Positions 34,160-36,069 of a stretch of 36,069 bases of DNA are shown here, piece by piece (the first letter of the stretch is position 1; each line of letters opens with the position of its first letter). The translations under genes and the position numbers were made by a program. The notes beneath the pieces were generated by a model. The model was not told the origin of the DNA. It did no database searches and worked only from the letters and a program-made list of their open reading frames with translations. This stretch comes from Candidatus Hermodarchaeota archaeon (lineage in GTDB: Archaea; Asgardarchaeota; Lokiarchaeia; Sigyniarchaeales; SOKP01). Location: NCBI GenBank assembly GCA_048885525.1, contig JBHLLP010000033.1, positions 1 to 36,069 of the forward strand, read 5' to 3'.

Positions 34160-35614
34160 ATGATTGAATTCAATCCAAAATTTTTGAGTAAAGAGGAATT
34201 ACGTGCAATATCTGCCGGTATAAATGAAGAAGAATTACTTTTGTTTGATAAACATTGCATAAATGTCTATTATGAACAGAAAATACTGATTGAAGCAAAA
34301 GAACCAGGTTCTCCCTGGGTTGTTGTAAAAGATTTTAAAACAGGAGAACAATCGGAAATTCTTGATTGTACATCCCAGAATTGGACATTAGCGTTAGGAT
34401 TTGCTAATCCGGATGTTAATTTTGCTGTTGCAGAACAAATGAAAAGATTAACTCATATTAAATCTGACGCAGTATCTCCATCACGAGCTAAGTTTATAAA
34501 TAAATTATCTGATCTATCCCCCGGAAGATTAAAGGGAGGAAGAGTTCATATAAATAACGAAGGAGGCAGTTTAGCAATTGAAGCTGCTGTAAAACTTGCT
34601 TTAATAGCATCAAGAAATGGAGATCACTTCTTAACTTTTCGAGGAGGATATCATGGAAATACGTTGGCCATGTTAACAGCATCTCAACCATTTCACCCAA
34701 TGGTAAGGTTCAGGACCTTTGGAATAGACTTTTTTACTCGAATCCCTCAACCCTATTGTTATCGATGTTTATGGAAATATGAGAATGGCTTATATGGTAA
34801 GAAGGATCCTCAATGTAATATGGAGTGTTTTGATTTAGTAAAAGAATATTTAACAGGATTAACTACAAGAAAGCTTGCTGGAGTGATCTTGGAGCCTTGT
34901 CAAGCAGCAGGAGGTCATATTCCATTCCAACCAGAATTTTTGGATAAATTAAGGAGGATTTGCGAAGAAGAGAAGATATTTATAATATATGATGAATCTC
35001 AGACAGCTGTCTGGAGAACTGGTAAATATTTTACTTTAACAGAAAAATATGAGAAAGAAAATGGGCTAGATGTATCTCCTGATATGATGTGCTTCACTAA
35101 AGCATTAGGGGGAGGTTTCCCATTAGGTGCAATGGTTGCATCTACTAAAATTAGGAATCAATTTACAGCAGCAGAAGACCATACAACCTTTTGTAATACA
35201 CCAATTGGATGTACAGCGGGACTTGCTTCTTTTATGGTTATAGAAAAAGCAAAAATTGGAGAAAATTGTGAAGATAGAGGTAAACAGATAACTAAACGTT
35301 TAAGAGAACTCCAAGAAAAATATGAAGTTATTGGTGATATTCGAGGACCAGGTTTGTTCATAGGGATTGAGTTAGTTAAAGATCAGAAATCAAGAGAACC
35401 TTATACTGAACTTATGGAAAGCATGCTTCATGAAGGAGTAAGGCAGAATGTATTTTTTGGACCTAGTATGCCATATTTTACTGGAACTGGCAAATTTAAA
35501 ATGCGAAATCTGATAAAAATTAAGCCACCACTTAATATAACTGAACAAGATGCTGACTTCATTTGTGATAAATTTGAAAGTGTACTAAAGGCATCAATTA
35601 ACCATTTAAAGTAG
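34160..35614 (+). CDS. Class III PLP-dependent aminotransferase
   Basis: GGSLAIEAAVK, GGYHGNT, ILEPCQAAGG, DESQT, FTKALGGG (PLP lysine), DIRGPGLFIGIELV. Confidence 0.92.
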   Translation: MIEFNPKFLSKEELRAISAGINEEELLLFDKHCINVYYEQKILIEAKEPGSPWVVVKDFKTGEQSEILDCTSQNWTLALGFANPDVNFAVAEQMKRLTHIKSDAVSPSRAKFINKLSDLSPGRLKGGRVHINNEGGSLAIEAAVKLALIASRNGDHFLTFRGGYHGNTLAMLTASQPFHPMVRFRTFGIDFFTRIPQPYCYRCLWKYENGLYGKKDPQCNMECFDLVKEYLTGLTTRKLAGVILEPCQAAGGHIPFQPEFLDKLRRICEEEKIFIIYDESQTAVWRTGKYFTLTEKYEKENGLDVSPDMMCFTKALGGGFPLGAMVASTKIRNQFTAAEDHTTFCNTPIGCTAGLASFMVIEKAKIGENCEDRGKQITKRLRELQEKYEVIGDIRGPGLFIGIELVKDQKSREPYTELMESMLHEGVRQNVFFGPSMPYFTGTGKFKMRNLIKIKPPLNITEQDADFICDKFESVLKASINHLK

Positions 35615-35620
35615 GACAAT

Positions 35621-36069
35621 ATGAATCTTGGTGAAAATAAAGGTCCTTCTATTAGTCCCAAAATTTTTCGAGAAATATTTAAGCCTAGAATTACGGAAGT
35701 TTGTAATTACATTAAAAAAAATAGTTCAATGAAAATTTTGTATCATGCTGATGGCTCTATAGTACCATTAATACCTGATTTGATCGATACAGGTATAGAT
35801 ATTCTCAATCCAGTACAAATAAACGCAAGAGATATGGATCCTAAATTTTTAAAAGAGAATTTTGGGGATGAAATAGCATTTTGGGGAGGAGTTGTTGATA
35901 TACGTAATGTTATTAATAGAAAAAAACCTGAAGAAGTTAAAAAACATGTATTAGAATTACTTGATGTTTTCTTTCTCGGAGGAGGATATGTTTGGAGTAC
36001 TATTCATAATATTTTACCAGATGTACCACCTCAAAACATTGTTGCTGCATTTGAAGCTATAGAAGAATT
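35621..36069 (+). pseudogene. C-terminal half of a URO-D/MtaA-CmuA family protein (N-terminally truncated; runs off the window)
   Basis: Manual translation MNLGENKGPSISPKIFREIFKPR...YHADGSI...GIDILNPVQ...FWGG.VD...GGGYV...HNILPDVPPQNIVA. These motifs belong to the second half of the family barrel, yet the ORF begins 6 nt after the aminotransferase stop. Confidence 0.7.

Noticed and set aside
2356-35661. Short ORF-track entries antisense to or nested in real genes (2356, 4854, 12069, 14516, 15729, 24039, 28185, 33303, 33523, 34494, 35158, 35428; also 1731)
   Set aside because: Shadow frames of long, motif-supported CDSs, with no motifs or expression signals of their own.

Overview
AT-rich archaeal DNA, most likely an Asgard archaeon (Loki/Promethearchaeia-like). 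This is inferred from the archaeal-type LeuRS, GGTGAT-type Shine-Dalgarno sites, Rab-like small GTPases, and longin and RING domains. Positions ~1.9-26.3 kb form a signalling island built from two related modules. Each module has a multi-wHTH+TPR regulator (+ strand) facing away from a minus-strand run of accessory genes, then TPR-longin gene(s), a Rab-like GTPase and a TPR-C4C4-RING gene. In the larger module the TPR-longin gene is amplified into five tandem copies with variable TPR regions and a near-constant longin tail. Two unannotated 24-26 aa peptide genes flank this array. Their promoters and leaders align without gaps and carry a GAACTT-N6-AAGTTC-type palindrome that also lies in front of the regulator and a TraB/PrgY-like gene. 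The layout suggests an RRNPP-like peptide-sensing system wired to eukaryote-like GTPase/ubiquitin outputs (inference). Flanking genes: oligoendopeptidase F and a SET protein on the left; GNAT-YoaP, two thiolases (one lacking the catalytic Cys), radical SAM, leuS, a class III aminotransferase and a truncated URO-D-family gene on the right. leuS is preceded by an unannotated Leu-rich leader peptide and a 17-bp hairpin, a candidate archaeal attenuator. No rRNA, tRNA, CRISPR array or transposase was seen. All family assignments are by-eye motif recognition, not database searches.
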